A DNA stretch of 37,403 nt from Thermoplasmata archaeon (GTDB lineage Archaea; Thermoplasmatota; Thermoplasmata; Lutacidiplasmatales; UBA184). The stretch spans positions 1 through 37,403 of the forward strand of contig JASHTI010000076.1 in NCBI GenBank assembly GCA_030040625.1, read 5' to 3'. Each line of letters starts with the position of its first letter. The stretch's first letter is position 1. The position numbers and the translations under genes were made by a program. Positions 20,019 through 29,679 of this stretch are shown one piece after another. Below the pieces are notes generated by a model that did not search any database, was not told the DNA's origin, and saw only the letters and a list, made by a program, of their open reading frames with translations.

Positions 20019-20350
20019 GCGCCGGGACCCGCTCCGGGTCTCTTCCGTGCGTCCAGGTACGCCTCGAGCGAATCGAGCTCGGTCTCCCAGAAGCCCCGGT
20101 ACTTCGAGATCCAGGCGTCGACCTCGCCCAAGCGCTCGGATCGGAGGGAGTAGAATCGGTGACGGCGGTCCTGCCGGACCCGCACCAGTCCTGCCTCGCG
20201 GAGGACCCGGAGATGGCGGGACATCCCCGGCTGGCTGATGTGTGGGAACGCGCGGCCCAACTCGCCCGCCGCACGCTCGCGGCGGGAGAGCAGGTCCAGC
20301 ACCTGTCGACGTGTCGGATCGGCGATGGCGGCGAAGACGTCACGTCGCAT
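20015..20350 (-). CDS. ArsR/SmtB family transcriptional regulator
   Basis: DVFAAIADPTRRQVL, SQPGMSRHLRVLREAGLV; typical ArsR-SRPBCC pair. Confidence 0.93.
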   Translation of the reverse strand: MRRDVFAAIADPTRRQVLDLLSRRERAAGELGRAFPHISQPGMSRHLRVLREAGLVRVRQDRRHRFYSLRSERLGEVDAWISKYRGFWETELDSLEAYLDARKRPGAGPGA

Positions 20351-20531
20351 GGCGGTGGACAGCCCATAACGCTCCCGTTAATCATCTAGCGCCTCGGCAC
20401 GGCGTCGCTCGAACGGCGACGGCCACTACCGCGTGGGAATGACCGGTCCCGTTGCGGGCCCAGTGCACAATATATACCAAGTGTGTTATGTAATCGTGGG
20501 CACGCTAGGTCGCGCCCAGGAACACAGGTCG

Positions 20532-21050
20532 ATGACAGAGTCCCCCGTGACGCCCAAGACACGATTGAAGAATCCCGCGACGATCGTCCCCGAGGCGATG
20601 GCTCCGCTGCAGGGCATCGGCCAGCTGCTGGGGCAACTGCAGGGAAGCGCGGCGCGCGCCCTCTCGCTCGCCATGCTGCGGACCAGCCAGCTGAACGGTT
20701 GCGCGCTCTGCCTCGACGGGAGCTGCCAGATGCTCAGGGCCGGCGGCGAGACCGAGGAACGGCTCCTCGCGGTGTCGGCCTGGAGAGAGTCGACCCGATT
20801 CACGGCGCCCGAACGGGCCGCGCTCGCGCTCGCGGAGGGAATGACCCGGCTCAGCGATCGATCGGACCCTGTCCCGGACCCGGTGTGGGACGAAGCGGCC
20901 CGGCACTTCAGCGAGCGCGAGCTGGCGTTCCTCGTCCTCGGGATCGCGACGCAGAACCTCTACAACCGGATCAACGTGACCACGCGGCAGGTCGCCGCGC
21001 ACTGGGACGAGGAAGCCGCAAAGGCGTGGGCCGCCAAGAGCAAGAACTAG
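20532..21050 (+). CDS. Carboxymuconolactone decarboxylase/AhpD-like protein
   Basis: RTSQLNGCALC, AWRES..FT..ERAALALAE, N..NR motifs. Confidence 0.88.
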   Translation: MTESPVTPKTRLKNPATIVPEAMAPLQGIGQLLGQLQGSAARALSLAMLRTSQLNGCALCLDGSCQMLRAGGETEERLLAVSAWRESTRFTAPERAALALAEGMTRLSDRSDPVPDPVWDEAARHFSERELAFLVLGIATQNLYNRINVTTRQVAAHWDEEAAKAWAAKSKN

Positions 21051-21153
21051 GGCCGTACCGGGAGGGCGCGTTTCCCCCGACAGCCGCCGGGACACGGGGC
21101 CGAGGGCCCGGAGGGGCCGTTAGCGATAAGCCGATCCGGGCTCCGCCGCCGGC

Positions 21154-21909
21154 ATGTGCCACACGGACGACTCCCGGGCGCCGGAGCCCCCCCAGCGGGG
21201 ACCGGTCGGGGCCCGGACCGAGCTGGAGCTGCGGTCGCGGGACGGCGCTGCCTTCCGGGCGTACTCCGCCGAGCCGGCGGGCCCCGCGGGCGCCGGCCTG
21301 GTGATCCTACCGGATGTCCGGGGCCTGCACCCCTACTACGAGGACCTGGCCGTCCGCTTCGCGGAGGCCGGCTTCCGCGCGATCGCCGTCGACTACTACG
21401 GTCGGACGGCCGGCGTTCAGCGGCGGGACGACGCGTTCGAGTGGAAGCCGCACTTCGAGAAGGCGACCTCGGAAGGGGTGGCGCACGACGTACGGGCTGC
21501 GGTCGAGCGGCTCCGCAAGGACTCCGGGAACCCGCGGCTCCCGATCTTCACGGTCGGCTTCTGCTTCGGGGGCGCGAACTCCTGGCGCCAGTCCGGCGAC
21601 ACTCCCGGACTCGCCGGCTGCATCGGATTCTACGGCGGTCGACCGATGGAGCGCGCCGGCGCGGCGATCCCGGCGATGAAGGCCCCCCTCCTCATGCTCC
21701 TGGCCGGCGACGACAAGGGGACCCCGGCGAGCGAGTTCGAGGAGTTCGCGCGCCAGGTCCGCGCACGGGGCGTCGAGGTGGAGGCGCACACCTATCCCGG
21801 GGCGCCCCACAGCTTCTTCGACCGATCCTTCGCCGAGCACCGCGAGGCCTGCCAGGACTCCTGGCGGCGAATCCTCGAGTTCACGGGACGGCACTCCAAG
21901 GCGGCCTGA
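21154..21909 (+). CDS. Dienelactone hydrolase family protein
   Basis: PDVRGL, nucleophile elbow GFCFGG, YPGAPHSF. Confidence 0.93.
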   Translation: MCHTDDSRAPEPPQRGPVGARTELELRSRDGAAFRAYSAEPAGPAGAGLVILPDVRGLHPYYEDLAVRFAEAGFRAIAVDYYGRTAGVQRRDDAFEWKPHFEKATSEGVAHDVRAAVERLRKDSGNPRLPIFTVGFCFGGANSWRQSGDTPGLAGCIGFYGGRPMERAGAAIPAMKAPLLMLLAGDDKGTPASEFEEFARQVRARGVEVEAHTYPGAPHSFFDRSFAEHREACQDSWRRILEFTGRHSKAA

Positions 21910-22002
21910 TCCTGCTCTCGCGGCGGGCCGTCGCGCCGGTATTCCCGGTCCGTCGGGCCGGAAGGCGGTCGGAGGACGCGCGGGACGGTGAGCCGCGTTC
22001 CG

Positions 22003-22251
22003 CTAGCCTTGATGGACCTCGTGGACCTCGTCCGCCAGGAGCCCGTGGGCTTCCTTGTGGACGCGGGCGGCGGCCTCCGGATTCGGCGCCTCCACCAGGC
22101 AGAAGATCATCCCAGCCTTCTCGTCGACCCAGTAGCGCTTGAAGTCCACACCGTGCTTGCCCTGAACCTTCAGGTCCTTGGCGTGCGCTTCGGCGACGGC
22201 GGCGCTGGTGACACCCTTCATGTTCCGATGAACGTCCATGTACAGCGGCAT
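22003..22251 (-). CDS. DUF4242 (SCO4226-like nickel-binding) protein
   Basis: MPLYMDVH...AEAHAKDL..Q...GV...YWVDE..G.IFCL.EAP...HG; TTTATC on the minus strand at 22281-22276. Confidence 0.9.
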   Translation of the reverse strand: MPLYMDVHRNMKGVTSAAVAEAHAKDLKVQGKHGVDFKRYWVDEKAGMIFCLVEAPNPEAAARVHKEAHGLLADEVHEVHQG

Positions 22252-22371
22252 CGGCGCTGCGACCTCGGCTGCCCCGATAAATCTTTGGAACGCTCGCGCC
22301 CGGCGCCGTAGCGATCGATCGCGCCACCCGCGCATCGGGGGCCTTGCATCGCCCGAGGCGAGGACCTCAGC

Positions 22372-22923
22372 TCAGCAGGCGGCGTCGATGTAGAGGGGCA
22401 TCGAGTAGGTGCCCCCGGCGTCGGGCGCCCGGATCTCGAGGCTGAGCAGCGTGAACCAGTCGCTCCCGTGCTCCGGGCTCACGACGATCTTGCCGAGGAT
22501 CGTCGTCGGGAGGGCGCCGGAGGCCCAGTGAGTGGCATTGTTCCGGACCGAGAGGGTCTCCAGGACGAACGGAGGCGCCGTGGAGATCGACCAGACGGTG
22601 CAGTTCGTGGTGAGGTTGTCGCTGAGGTAGGCACCGATCTCACCCGACGTCCCCGCGGGAAGACTGAGCGGGTAGGGTGAGCCGCCGCTCCAGCTCCAGC
22701 CCCCGCCGAGGGGGTCCTGGGCGGCGACCGCAGGGTCGGTGTACGTGAACTGGAAGGTCAAGCCGGAGACATGGACGATCGGCGTCGGGGGGCTCGCCAG
22801 GTGGGCGCCGAACGAAGCGCTGACCAGGCCCGCTGCCACTACGAGCCCGGCGATGATGTAGATCCTGCGCCAACGCGAGCGCGGTGGGGAAGCGAGAGCC
22901 GGAGGCCCAGGCGTCCCGGACAC
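22372..22923 (-). CDS. N-terminally membrane-anchored hypothetical protein
   Basis: RSRWRR plus TM (IYIIAGLVVAAGLV), followed by a beta-rich domain. Confidence 0.7.
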   Translation of the reverse strand: MSGTPGPPALASPPRSRWRRIYIIAGLVVAAGLVSASFGAHLASPPTPIVHVSGLTFQFTYTDPAVAAQDPLGGGWSWSGGSPYPLSLPAGTSGEIGAYLSDNLTTNCTVWSISTAPPFVLETLSVRNNATHWASGALPTTILGKIVVSPEHGSDWFTLLSLEIRAPDAGGTYSMPLYIDAAC

Positions 22924-23175
22924 TTTCGGACCTAGCCCTCCAACGCCTAGGGTCTACAAGAACCGGCGGTCAGCGATAGCTCTGTATCCAAACTCCATTT
23001 CGTCTCGAGCTACGGGGTGTCTTCACCGTTCATCCTCCATCGGCGTCGATCCACTCACTCCCTGACGCGTCGAACTGCGGGTCGTGGACCCGCGTTGTGC
23101 CTTGGGTGGGAGCCGCGGTGGACCGACGGGAGCAGCCGCCTTGGACCCCTGAGACTCGGGGCCCCTTGGGACTCG

Positions 23176-23829
23176 CTAGGGTGCGCTCGCCGGCTTCGCT
23201 GGCTCAGGTTTGGGCGGTGACCCGCGGGCAGTGGCGTAGCGCAGGAAGATCGCCCCGGACCGGAACGGCCGAGACTCTAGGAGACGGAAGTCGTGACGGC
23301 CGGGCGCCCCGAGGGGGACGATATCGTCGTGGTGGTCCAGCGTGGCCTCGGTGCGGAACAGGGGCAGGCCCCGCCCGATGAGGCTCGGAGAGACCGTCAA
23401 GCAGAGCTCGTCGGCGAGGTCCTCCGCCAGCACGGACTGAACGAAACGGGCGCCGCCCGCGACGATGATGTCCTTTCCCGGCAGAGATCTCAATCGGGCG
23501 ATCTCCTCCGCGACCGGGCCACGGAAGATCCTGGAGTTGGACCACGTGGCCGAACGGAGGGTCTTGGAGAAGACGACCTTCTCCACCCGGGTGGAGAACC
23601 GGGCGAACGCTCTCCAGTGTTCATTCTCGTCGTCGACGTGCGACGGCCAGAACCCAGCCCAGGCCTCGTAGGTGGTTCTTCCGAGAAGCAGGGTGTCGGT
23701 ATTGGCCATGGGGCCGTCCCACATCGCCTCCCAGAACTGGCGGTCCCCTTCGGGGTCGTCCGGGCCATCGGCGAGCGCGGCAAATCCGTCCAGCGTCATG
23801 TACATCGTGACTCGGACCGTCCTCGGCAT
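23176..23829 (-). CDS. Dihydrofolate reductase-like (RibD C-terminal) protein
   Basis: MTLDGF, LLLGRTTYE, KVVFSKTL, AGGA, DEL.L...P...G.G motifs. Confidence 0.92.
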   Translation of the reverse strand: MPRTVRVTMYMTLDGFAALADGPDDPEGDRQFWEAMWDGPMANTDTLLLGRTTYEAWAGFWPSHVDDENEHWRAFARFSTRVEKVVFSKTLRSATWSNSRIFRGPVAEEIARLRSLPGKDIIVAGGARFVQSVLAEDLADELCLTVSPSLIGRGLPLFRTEATLDHHDDIVPLGAPGRHDFRLLESRPFRSGAIFLRYATARGSPPKPEPAKPASAP

Positions 23830-24139
23830 CGCCTCGCTCCTGTGACGGACCCAGCGCGAGCGAGGCTTAACCCATCCAGCGACCACGATGACGGGGCACT
23901 CGTGTGCGGTCGCGGCCGCCCGGGCGGCTTACGTAGTTCACTTCGCGGGATGGTATTCACCGCACACGAGATCGCCCACCGCCCGGCACCGACGGACCCC
24001 CTGCATGCCGGAGCCTATCCGCTGCGCGGAAGGCCATTGCCGGGCGGCTTGGAGCCGATGGTGCCGATCCGCTGTTCAGGCACTTCCGGGGGAACGCGGG
24101 TCGCACTGGCGACCCGACCCTTTCCGTTTCGTCGCCCGG

Positions 24140-24424
24140 TCAGGGCTTGGTCGGGGGAGACCCTTGGGTCGAGCCCGCTTCCAGCCCTTCCTTCATGGCC
24201 AGGACCGGAATGACGTGCACCATCGGCTGACCGGTGATCCCGACCAGCAGCCGGTCCATCCCCATCAGGAACAGGCCCAGCGCCAGCAGGAGGATCAGGA
24301 GCCACAGGGCGAGCACCGGCTCCACCAGCACGACGAGCGCGACGGTGAGGGAGAGAACGCCTACAATAACGGCGAAAACTCGGTACCACATCGGCAGCTT
24401 CGGGGGAGGGACAGACGTGTGCAT
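24140..24424 (-). CDS. Small 2-TM protein (HdeD/DUF308-like)
   Basis: Two hydrophobic helices; TTTATC on the minus strand 25 nt upstream (24455-24450). Confidence 0.7.
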   Translation of the reverse strand: MHTSVPPPKLPMWYRVFAVIVGVLSLTVALVVLVEPVLALWLLILLLALGLFLMGMDRLLVGITGQPMVHVIPVLAMKEGLEAGSTQGSPPTKP

Positions 24425-24799
24425 TTCGCCGGTTCACTGCTCTCCCACCGATAAACTCACCGTTTTGGGCCACACGGCCCCGGGCTGCTCCCAAAGGATC
24501 CCCGGTGGCGGGGCGGGTGCCGCTCGAGCGTCAGGGTCCTGGAGGGTCAGCGACACCCTCTTGGAGCGAGCTCCGAGCCCGAACAGTGCGGGGTTCCGTC
24601 GGCGCATCCTCGCGCGACGCGCACCGGACGGCCCGGGGGATGCGCTCGGCTCCTTGGGCTATCGCCGAGCCACCCGGCCGTCGCCGGCTTCGCGACGCGG
24701 ACCGATCGGCTGAGGCCCGAGGAAAGCCGTCGCAGCTTCGGATCTCGGCCCGGTCGCTGCGAGGGCTAATGCCCTGTTCCGGGGTGGCTGCTCACCCCG

Positions 24800-26710
24800 A
24801 TGCCCCGGCGACTTTCGGCGATCATGTTCACCGACATCGTCGGCTTCACGCCGCTGACCCAGGACGACGAGCGAGGGGCGCTACGCGTGCTCCAGGAGCA
24901 GGAGGAACTCGTATCGCCTCTGCTGGCCGCGCACCAGGGGCGGAAGATCAAGTCGATCGGAGACGGGCTCCTCATCGAGTTCGAGGACGCGCTCGACGCC
25001 GTAGAGTGCGGAGTGGAGCTTCAACTGCGCCTGAGGGCACGAAATCGAGGGGAGGGGGTCCGGTCGTTCCGGATCCGGGTCGGCATTCACCTCGGAGACG
25101 TTCAGCGACAGGGCGATGACATCCTCGGCGATGCGGTGAACATCGCCTCGCGCATCGTCCCGCTGGCCGAGCCGGGAGGTGTGTGCATCTCCGAGCATGT
25201 GGCGGCCCAGGTGCGGAACAAGGTCGCCTACCGCCTCGAGGACCTGGGCCGACGGTCCCTGAAGGGGGTTCGCGAGCCGGTCACGCTCTACCGGGTCCTG
25301 CTACCGGGCACCGGCCCCGAGACGCTCTCCCCTTCCGCCGGGGTGCCCCGCCTCGCGGTTCTCCCGTTCGCCAACATCAGTCCGGACCCTAAGGACGAGT
25401 ACTTCGCCGATGGCCTCACCGAGGAACTCATCACGACGCTCTCTCAGCTGCACAACCTCCAGGTGATCGCGCGTACCTCGGTGATGCAGTACCGCGCCGC
25501 ACCGAAGTCGATCGCCCAGGTCGGAGCGGAACTCGGGGTGAGCGCGGTCCTCGAGGGCAGCGTCCGAAAGGCCGATCGGCAGCTCCGGATCACGGTCCAG
25601 CTCATCGACGTCGCCTCCCAGGCGCACACGTGGGCGAGCACCTACGATCGGACCCTCGACGACATCTTCGCGATCCAGACCGAGGTGGCGAAGCGGATCG
25701 CCGAGGCGCTGAAGGTTCGACTGGCGGCGACCGAGGAGCGCCGGCTCGAAAAGGCGCCCCGGGTCGACCCCGACTCCTATCTGGCCTACCTCCGGGGCCG
25801 CAACGTCCTCCGATCCTCGTACCGGGAGGAGGTGATGGCGTCGGCTGGGAAGGAGTTCCAGACCGCGATCGCCCTCGATCCGCGGAACGCCATGGCCTAC
25901 TCGGCGCTCGCCGATGTCACGAACCTCAGCGGTGCGTTCTACCGCCGCGAGAGTCGAGCGAGCTGGACCGCCGACTCTCGCCCCCTCGCGGAGAAGGCCC
26001 TGGAGCTCGATCCGAACCTCGCCGAGGCGCACGCCTCGCTGGGACTGATCCTCTACAACAACACCGAGTGGACCGCGGCGGAGAAGGAGTTCGAGATCGC
26101 GCTCGACCTGAGCCCGAGCTACTCGGCGGCGCGGGTCTACTACGGCGCCCTGCTCATGGAGGAGGGGCGCCCGGACCAGGCGCTCCGCGAACTGGCCCTG
26201 GCGGAGGCCTCCGACCCGCTCTGGGCCAGCTGCGTCGACTTCCACACGCGATTTCTCGTAACCGTGCGAAGGATGGTGGAGGCGAAGACGAGCCTGGATC
26301 ACCTGCGCACCCTCGACCCGGCCGGTCTCCTGTACTACGGGGCGCTGGCGTACTACCATCTGGCCAACGGCGATCTCGCGCAGGCGTTGCCGGCCGTCGG
26401 GCGCGCCGAAGGGCAGCGCCCCGGCTCTGAGTGGTTCTGGCGGCTCGCCTACCTCTGCCAGAGCGGAGCCGTAGCGGAGGCGAGGACGCTTCTGGCGGAG
26501 GTCGAGGCGAGGCCCGCTCCGGAACCCATCTCGACCCGCGCGCAGGGACATGCCCTGCTGGGCGACCTGGACGGCTGCTTTCGGCTGCTGGAGCAAGGCG
26601 CCCGGGAGGGAGTTCTCTCCCTGCAGTACCTTCGGAACGACCCGTGGTTCGAATCCGTCCGAGCCGACCCGCGGTTCGGTCGGATCCTGAAGGAACTGAA
26701 CCTTCCCTGA
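24800..26710 (+). CDS. Class III adenylate/guanylate cyclase + TolB-N-like + TPR protein
   Basis: FTDIVGFT, KSIGDG, DILGDAVNIASR (metal Asp pair, Lys/Asp base specifiers, Asn/Arg); AVLPFANISPD; ALELDPNLAEAH TPRs. Confidence 0.93.
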   Translation: MPRRLSAIMFTDIVGFTPLTQDDERGALRVLQEQEELVSPLLAAHQGRKIKSIGDGLLIEFEDALDAVECGVELQLRLRARNRGEGVRSFRIRVGIHLGDVQRQGDDILGDAVNIASRIVPLAEPGGVCISEHVAAQVRNKVAYRLEDLGRRSLKGVREPVTLYRVLLPGTGPETLSPSAGVPRLAVLPFANISPDPKDEYFADGLTEELITTLSQLHNLQVIARTSVMQYRAAPKSIAQVGAELGVSAVLEGSVRKADRQLRITVQLIDVASQAHTWASTYDRTLDDIFAIQTEVAKRIAEALKVRLAATEERRLEKAPRVDPDSYLAYLRGRNVLRSSYREEVMASAGKEFQTAIALDPRNAMAYSALADVTNLSGAFYRRESRASWTADSRPLAEKALELDPNLAEAHASLGLILYNNTEWTAAEKEFEIALDLSPSYSAARVYYGALLMEEGRPDQALRELALAEASDPLWASCVDFHTRFLVTVRRMVEAKTSLDHLRTLDPAGLLYYGALAYYHLANGDLAQALPAVGRAEGQRPGSEWFWRLAYLCQSGAVAEARTLLAEVEARPAPEPISTRAQGHALLGDLDGCFRLLEQGAREGVLSLQYLRNDPWFESVRADPRFGRILKELNLP

Positions 26711-26857
26711 GCGCGGGCCGACGGGGCCTCCGCGCCCGCCGCCGCCTCACGTAGGGAAGTCGACGTTACGAAGATGGGTGTCGTTATCTACCGCGGCCTT
26801 CCGCCGGCCCGAAGGTAAGGGCGAGCCGCGACGGCGCTCGCCGGTAGGGAGAGCAGC

Positions 26858-28375
26858 TTGGCAGGTCCGGAGCCACTCGAGTGGGACGGCCCGGTCGCCC
26901 CACCCGACGCCCCCCCGCTCTCCTCGACCCGGGAGGCCGGGATCATCCTCGCGCTCCTGCTCGGGCTCCTCCTTGGCGCCCTCGATAATTTCATCGTCGC
27001 GACGGCCCTCCCGAACATCGCGGAGGACCTGCACGACGTATCGGGGCAGGTCTTCGTCGTCACGGGCTACCTCATCGCGCAGACGGTGGCCATTCCGATC
27101 TTCGGCAAGCTCTCGGACCGGTTCGGGCGCCGGTCGTTCTACCTGTTCGGGCTGAGCATCTTCCTGGTCGGCTCCGTCCTCTCCGGGTTGAGTCAGAATC
27201 TCAACGAGCTGATCGCCTTCCGGGCCGTCCAGGGCCTGGGAAGCGGGGCGTTCTTCACGGTCGTCTTTTCGATCATCGCGGACATCTTTCCCCCGAAGCT
27301 CGCCGCCCGGCTGGTCGGCATCCTTTCCGGGGTCTTCGGGGTCGCCATCGTGGCCGGCCCCCTGATCGGCAGCGCGATCATCGACGCGACGACCTGGCGC
27401 TGGATCTTCTTCGTCAACCTGCCCGTCGGCGGCTTCGCCATCGCCCTCGTCCTCGCCACCATGGGTCCGATGCGGCCGTCGACGAACGTTGCGCACCCGT
27501 TCGACGCCCTCGGGGCCGCCCTCATGGCGACCTGGGTGGGCACGCTCGTCTTCGCCCTGGTCGAGGTCTCGAGCGGGTGGGCCTGGACGGACCCCCGCAC
27601 GATCGCTCTCCTCGGAGTCGCGCTCGTCGTCCTCCCCTTCTCCCTCTGGCAGGAGTGGCGCGCGGCGGACCCCCTGCTCCCGCTGCGGTATTTCCGAATA
27701 CGACTGGTCGCCGCTTCGAGCGGGGTGAATTTCCTCCGGGGAGCGGTGCTGGTCGTGGTCGTCACCTTCGTTCCGATCATGGTCGTGGACGGCTTCGGAG
27801 GCTCGGTCAACCTGAGCCGGGACGTGCTCTACGCGATGATGGTCCCGATGGTCATCGGGGCCGCGGTGAGCGGACCTCTCGTCACGCGATTCGGCTACCG
27901 GGCCCCGCTGGTCATCGGCCTGATCCTCGCCATCATCGGGACGTACCTGCTGACCCAGGTTCCGACGGAGCCTCCCGTGCTCCGGACGAGCGATGGGTTC
28001 ATCCCTCTCGGTCTGGCCGGAGCCCTGATCCCGGTCGGCTGGGGTGTCGGGATGACCTTCGCACCCACGCAACTGGCGATCCAGTACAGCGTCTCGAAGG
28101 ACGACCTGGGCGCGGGCACCTCGCTGGTGTGGTTCCTCTCGAACCTCGGAGGGGCGATCGTCGGTTCGCTCCTCGGCGCCTACCAGCTCGGGGTCTTCAA
28201 GTCCCTCGACCTCCCGTTCCCGGAGGCGTTCGCTGTCTCCATCCGGAATGTCTGGTGGGCCCTGGTTCCTATCGCGATCCTGGGTCTGCTCTTCGCCCTC
28301 GTCGTCTCCGGGCAACTGCCGACGACGGCGGGCGAGGACGGAGATTCTCCAGCGTCACCCGCTCTGATGGGCTGA
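26858..28375 (+). CDS. MFS drug:H+ antiporter (DHA2, EmrB/QacA-like)
   Basis: LDNFIVATALP, motif A GKLSDRFGRR, RAVQGLG, WRWIFFVNLP; about 14 TM. Confidence 0.93.
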   Translation: MAGPEPLEWDGPVAPPDAPPLSSTREAGIILALLLGLLLGALDNFIVATALPNIAEDLHDVSGQVFVVTGYLIAQTVAIPIFGKLSDRFGRRSFYLFGLSIFLVGSVLSGLSQNLNELIAFRAVQGLGSGAFFTVVFSIIADIFPPKLAARLVGILSGVFGVAIVAGPLIGSAIIDATTWRWIFFVNLPVGGFAIALVLATMGPMRPSTNVAHPFDALGAALMATWVGTLVFALVEVSSGWAWTDPRTIALLGVALVVLPFSLWQEWRAADPLLPLRYFRIRLVAASSGVNFLRGAVLVVVVTFVPIMVVDGFGGSVNLSRDVLYAMMVPMVIGAAVSGPLVTRFGYRAPLVIGLILAIIGTYLLTQVPTEPPVLRTSDGFIPLGLAGALIPVGWGVGMTFAPTQLAIQYSVSKDDLGAGTSLVWFLSNLGGAIVGSLLGAYQLGVFKSLDLPFPEAFAVSIRNVWWALVPIAILGLLFALVVSGQLPTTAGEDGDSPASPALMG

Positions 28376-28616
28376 CCCGCGCGATCCGCGCATGTCGCAA
28401 CGCCGGCCCTGAGCCGAGATGCTCCCTCCACTTGCCCGCCGCCTTCCTTAGATTCGCGCCGCGGGCCGAGAGATCTGGAAGAGGTTCGCGACCGTGTACG
28501 CCCTCCGTGCCGGGCTCGAGGTAGCGTCGGCGCCATCGCCGACGGGGGGTCGGCCGCCCGCTCGGGACCTGGCCCGAGCCTAGGAAGGCTTAGTTCGACG
28601 CGTCGCTCCATCGACC

Positions 28617-29456
28617 ATGGCGCCGAGAAGGATTCGCCGTCGCGCCGGCGGCAAGTCCGAGCCGTACCGATCTACGAACCGCGTCTCGTGGGACCGGACC
28701 GCACGCTGGTACGAGGCCCACTGCCAACGGGATCTGGGACGTCACGGGGGTGAGGCCTGGGGGCTGTTCCGTGTTCCGGAGCGCGAGCTTCAGCTCCTGG
28801 GCGCGGTCCGCGGGCGTGACGCCCTCGAACTCGGCTGCGGGGCTGCATGGTGGTCGATCGCTCTCGCACGGAGGGGCGCGAGGGTAGTGGGTCTCGACTT
28901 CTCGCCCGTCCGACTCGCCCAAGCTAGGACGAAGATGGACGCCGCCGGTGTCGACTTCCCCTTGGTCGCGGCGCCGGCAGAGGCGATCCCGTTCCCGGAA
29001 GCGAGCTTCGACCTCGTTCTCTCCGACTACGGGGCCACGACGTTCGCGGACCCGTTCCGGGTCACCCCCGAGGTTGCCCGGGTACTACGTCCTGGGGGGA
29101 TCTTTGTCTTCGCACACGCGAGCCCGTTCCGTTCCATCGCCGAGACGCTGGCACGTCGCGGAATGACGCGTCGACTCGTCCGAGACTACTTTGGACTCCA
29201 CCGCCTCCGCATCACGGACACCATTGAGTTCCAGCTGACCTACTCGCAATGGTTCCGCGTCTTCGAGGAGAGCGGGTTCGTCGTCGAACGTCTTGTCGAA
29301 CCGACGGCCCCGAAGCGCCCGATCAGCAGCTATCTGTCGATGCGGGACCAGGAGTGGGCCCGCCACTGGCCGATCGAGGCGATCTGGAAACTGCGGAGGC
29401 GGGTCCCAAGCGGAAGTCTCGGCAAGACTCGGGACCGATCGCGCCGGCCGAAGTGA
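28617..29456 (+). CDS. Class I SAM-dependent methyltransferase
   Basis: LELGCGAA, GLDFS, PFPEASFDLV, RVLRPGG. Confidence 0.92.
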   Translation: MAPRRIRRRAGGKSEPYRSTNRVSWDRTARWYEAHCQRDLGRHGGEAWGLFRVPERELQLLGAVRGRDALELGCGAAWWSIALARRGARVVGLDFSPVRLAQARTKMDAAGVDFPLVAAPAEAIPFPEASFDLVLSDYGATTFADPFRVTPEVARVLRPGGIFVFAHASPFRSIAETLARRGMTRRLVRDYFGLHRLRITDTIEFQLTYSQWFRVFEESGFVVERLVEPTAPKRPISSYLSMRDQEWARHWPIEAIWKLRRRVPSGSLGKTRDRSRRPK

Positions 29457-29656
29457 CGCGCACCCGCGCTCCGGGACACCGATGCTCGGCACGGTGCCCC
29501 GACAGGTCCACCCGTCGGTCCCAAGACGCCTGCTGACGGTGTTTAGGGTACCGGGCCGAGCCGCGGAGCCCGAGAACCTCCGGCCAAGGAGCGCCGGTGC
29601 GGGCCCGACCCGGTGCGCCCGCTAGCGGCAGAGCCCCGAATGTGATATAGTGTGGT

Positions 29657-29674
29657 TACATGTAGGTCATGTAG
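29657..29674. promoter_or_regulatory. Putative vapBC autoregulatory operator
   Basis: Palindrome TACATGTA (29657-29664) and direct repeat CATGTAG (29659, 29668) between the AT-rich GATATA box and the vapB ATG. Confidence 0.45.
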
Positions 29675-29679
29675 CCATC

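Noticed and set aside
23114..23140. GGGAGCAGCC resembling SRP RNA helix 8
   Set aside because: Lacks the CAGG partner and GNRA loop; no other SRP helices are evident.
23944..23965. GGGATGGTATTCACC resembling the 5' part of a fluoride riboswitch
   Set aside because: No downstream GCTRATGA pseudoknot segment and no crcB/eriC gene; the neighbouring genes are on the other strand.
24719..24730. GAGGAAAGCC resembling the RNase P CR-I motif
   Set aside because: Imperfect match to GAGGAAAGUCC and no matching 3' P4 strand.
24800..26710. Pycsar or CBASS cyclase
   Set aside because: The architecture is the common cyclase-TolB-N-TPR type with adenine-specifying residues, and no cNMP-binding effector is adjacent.
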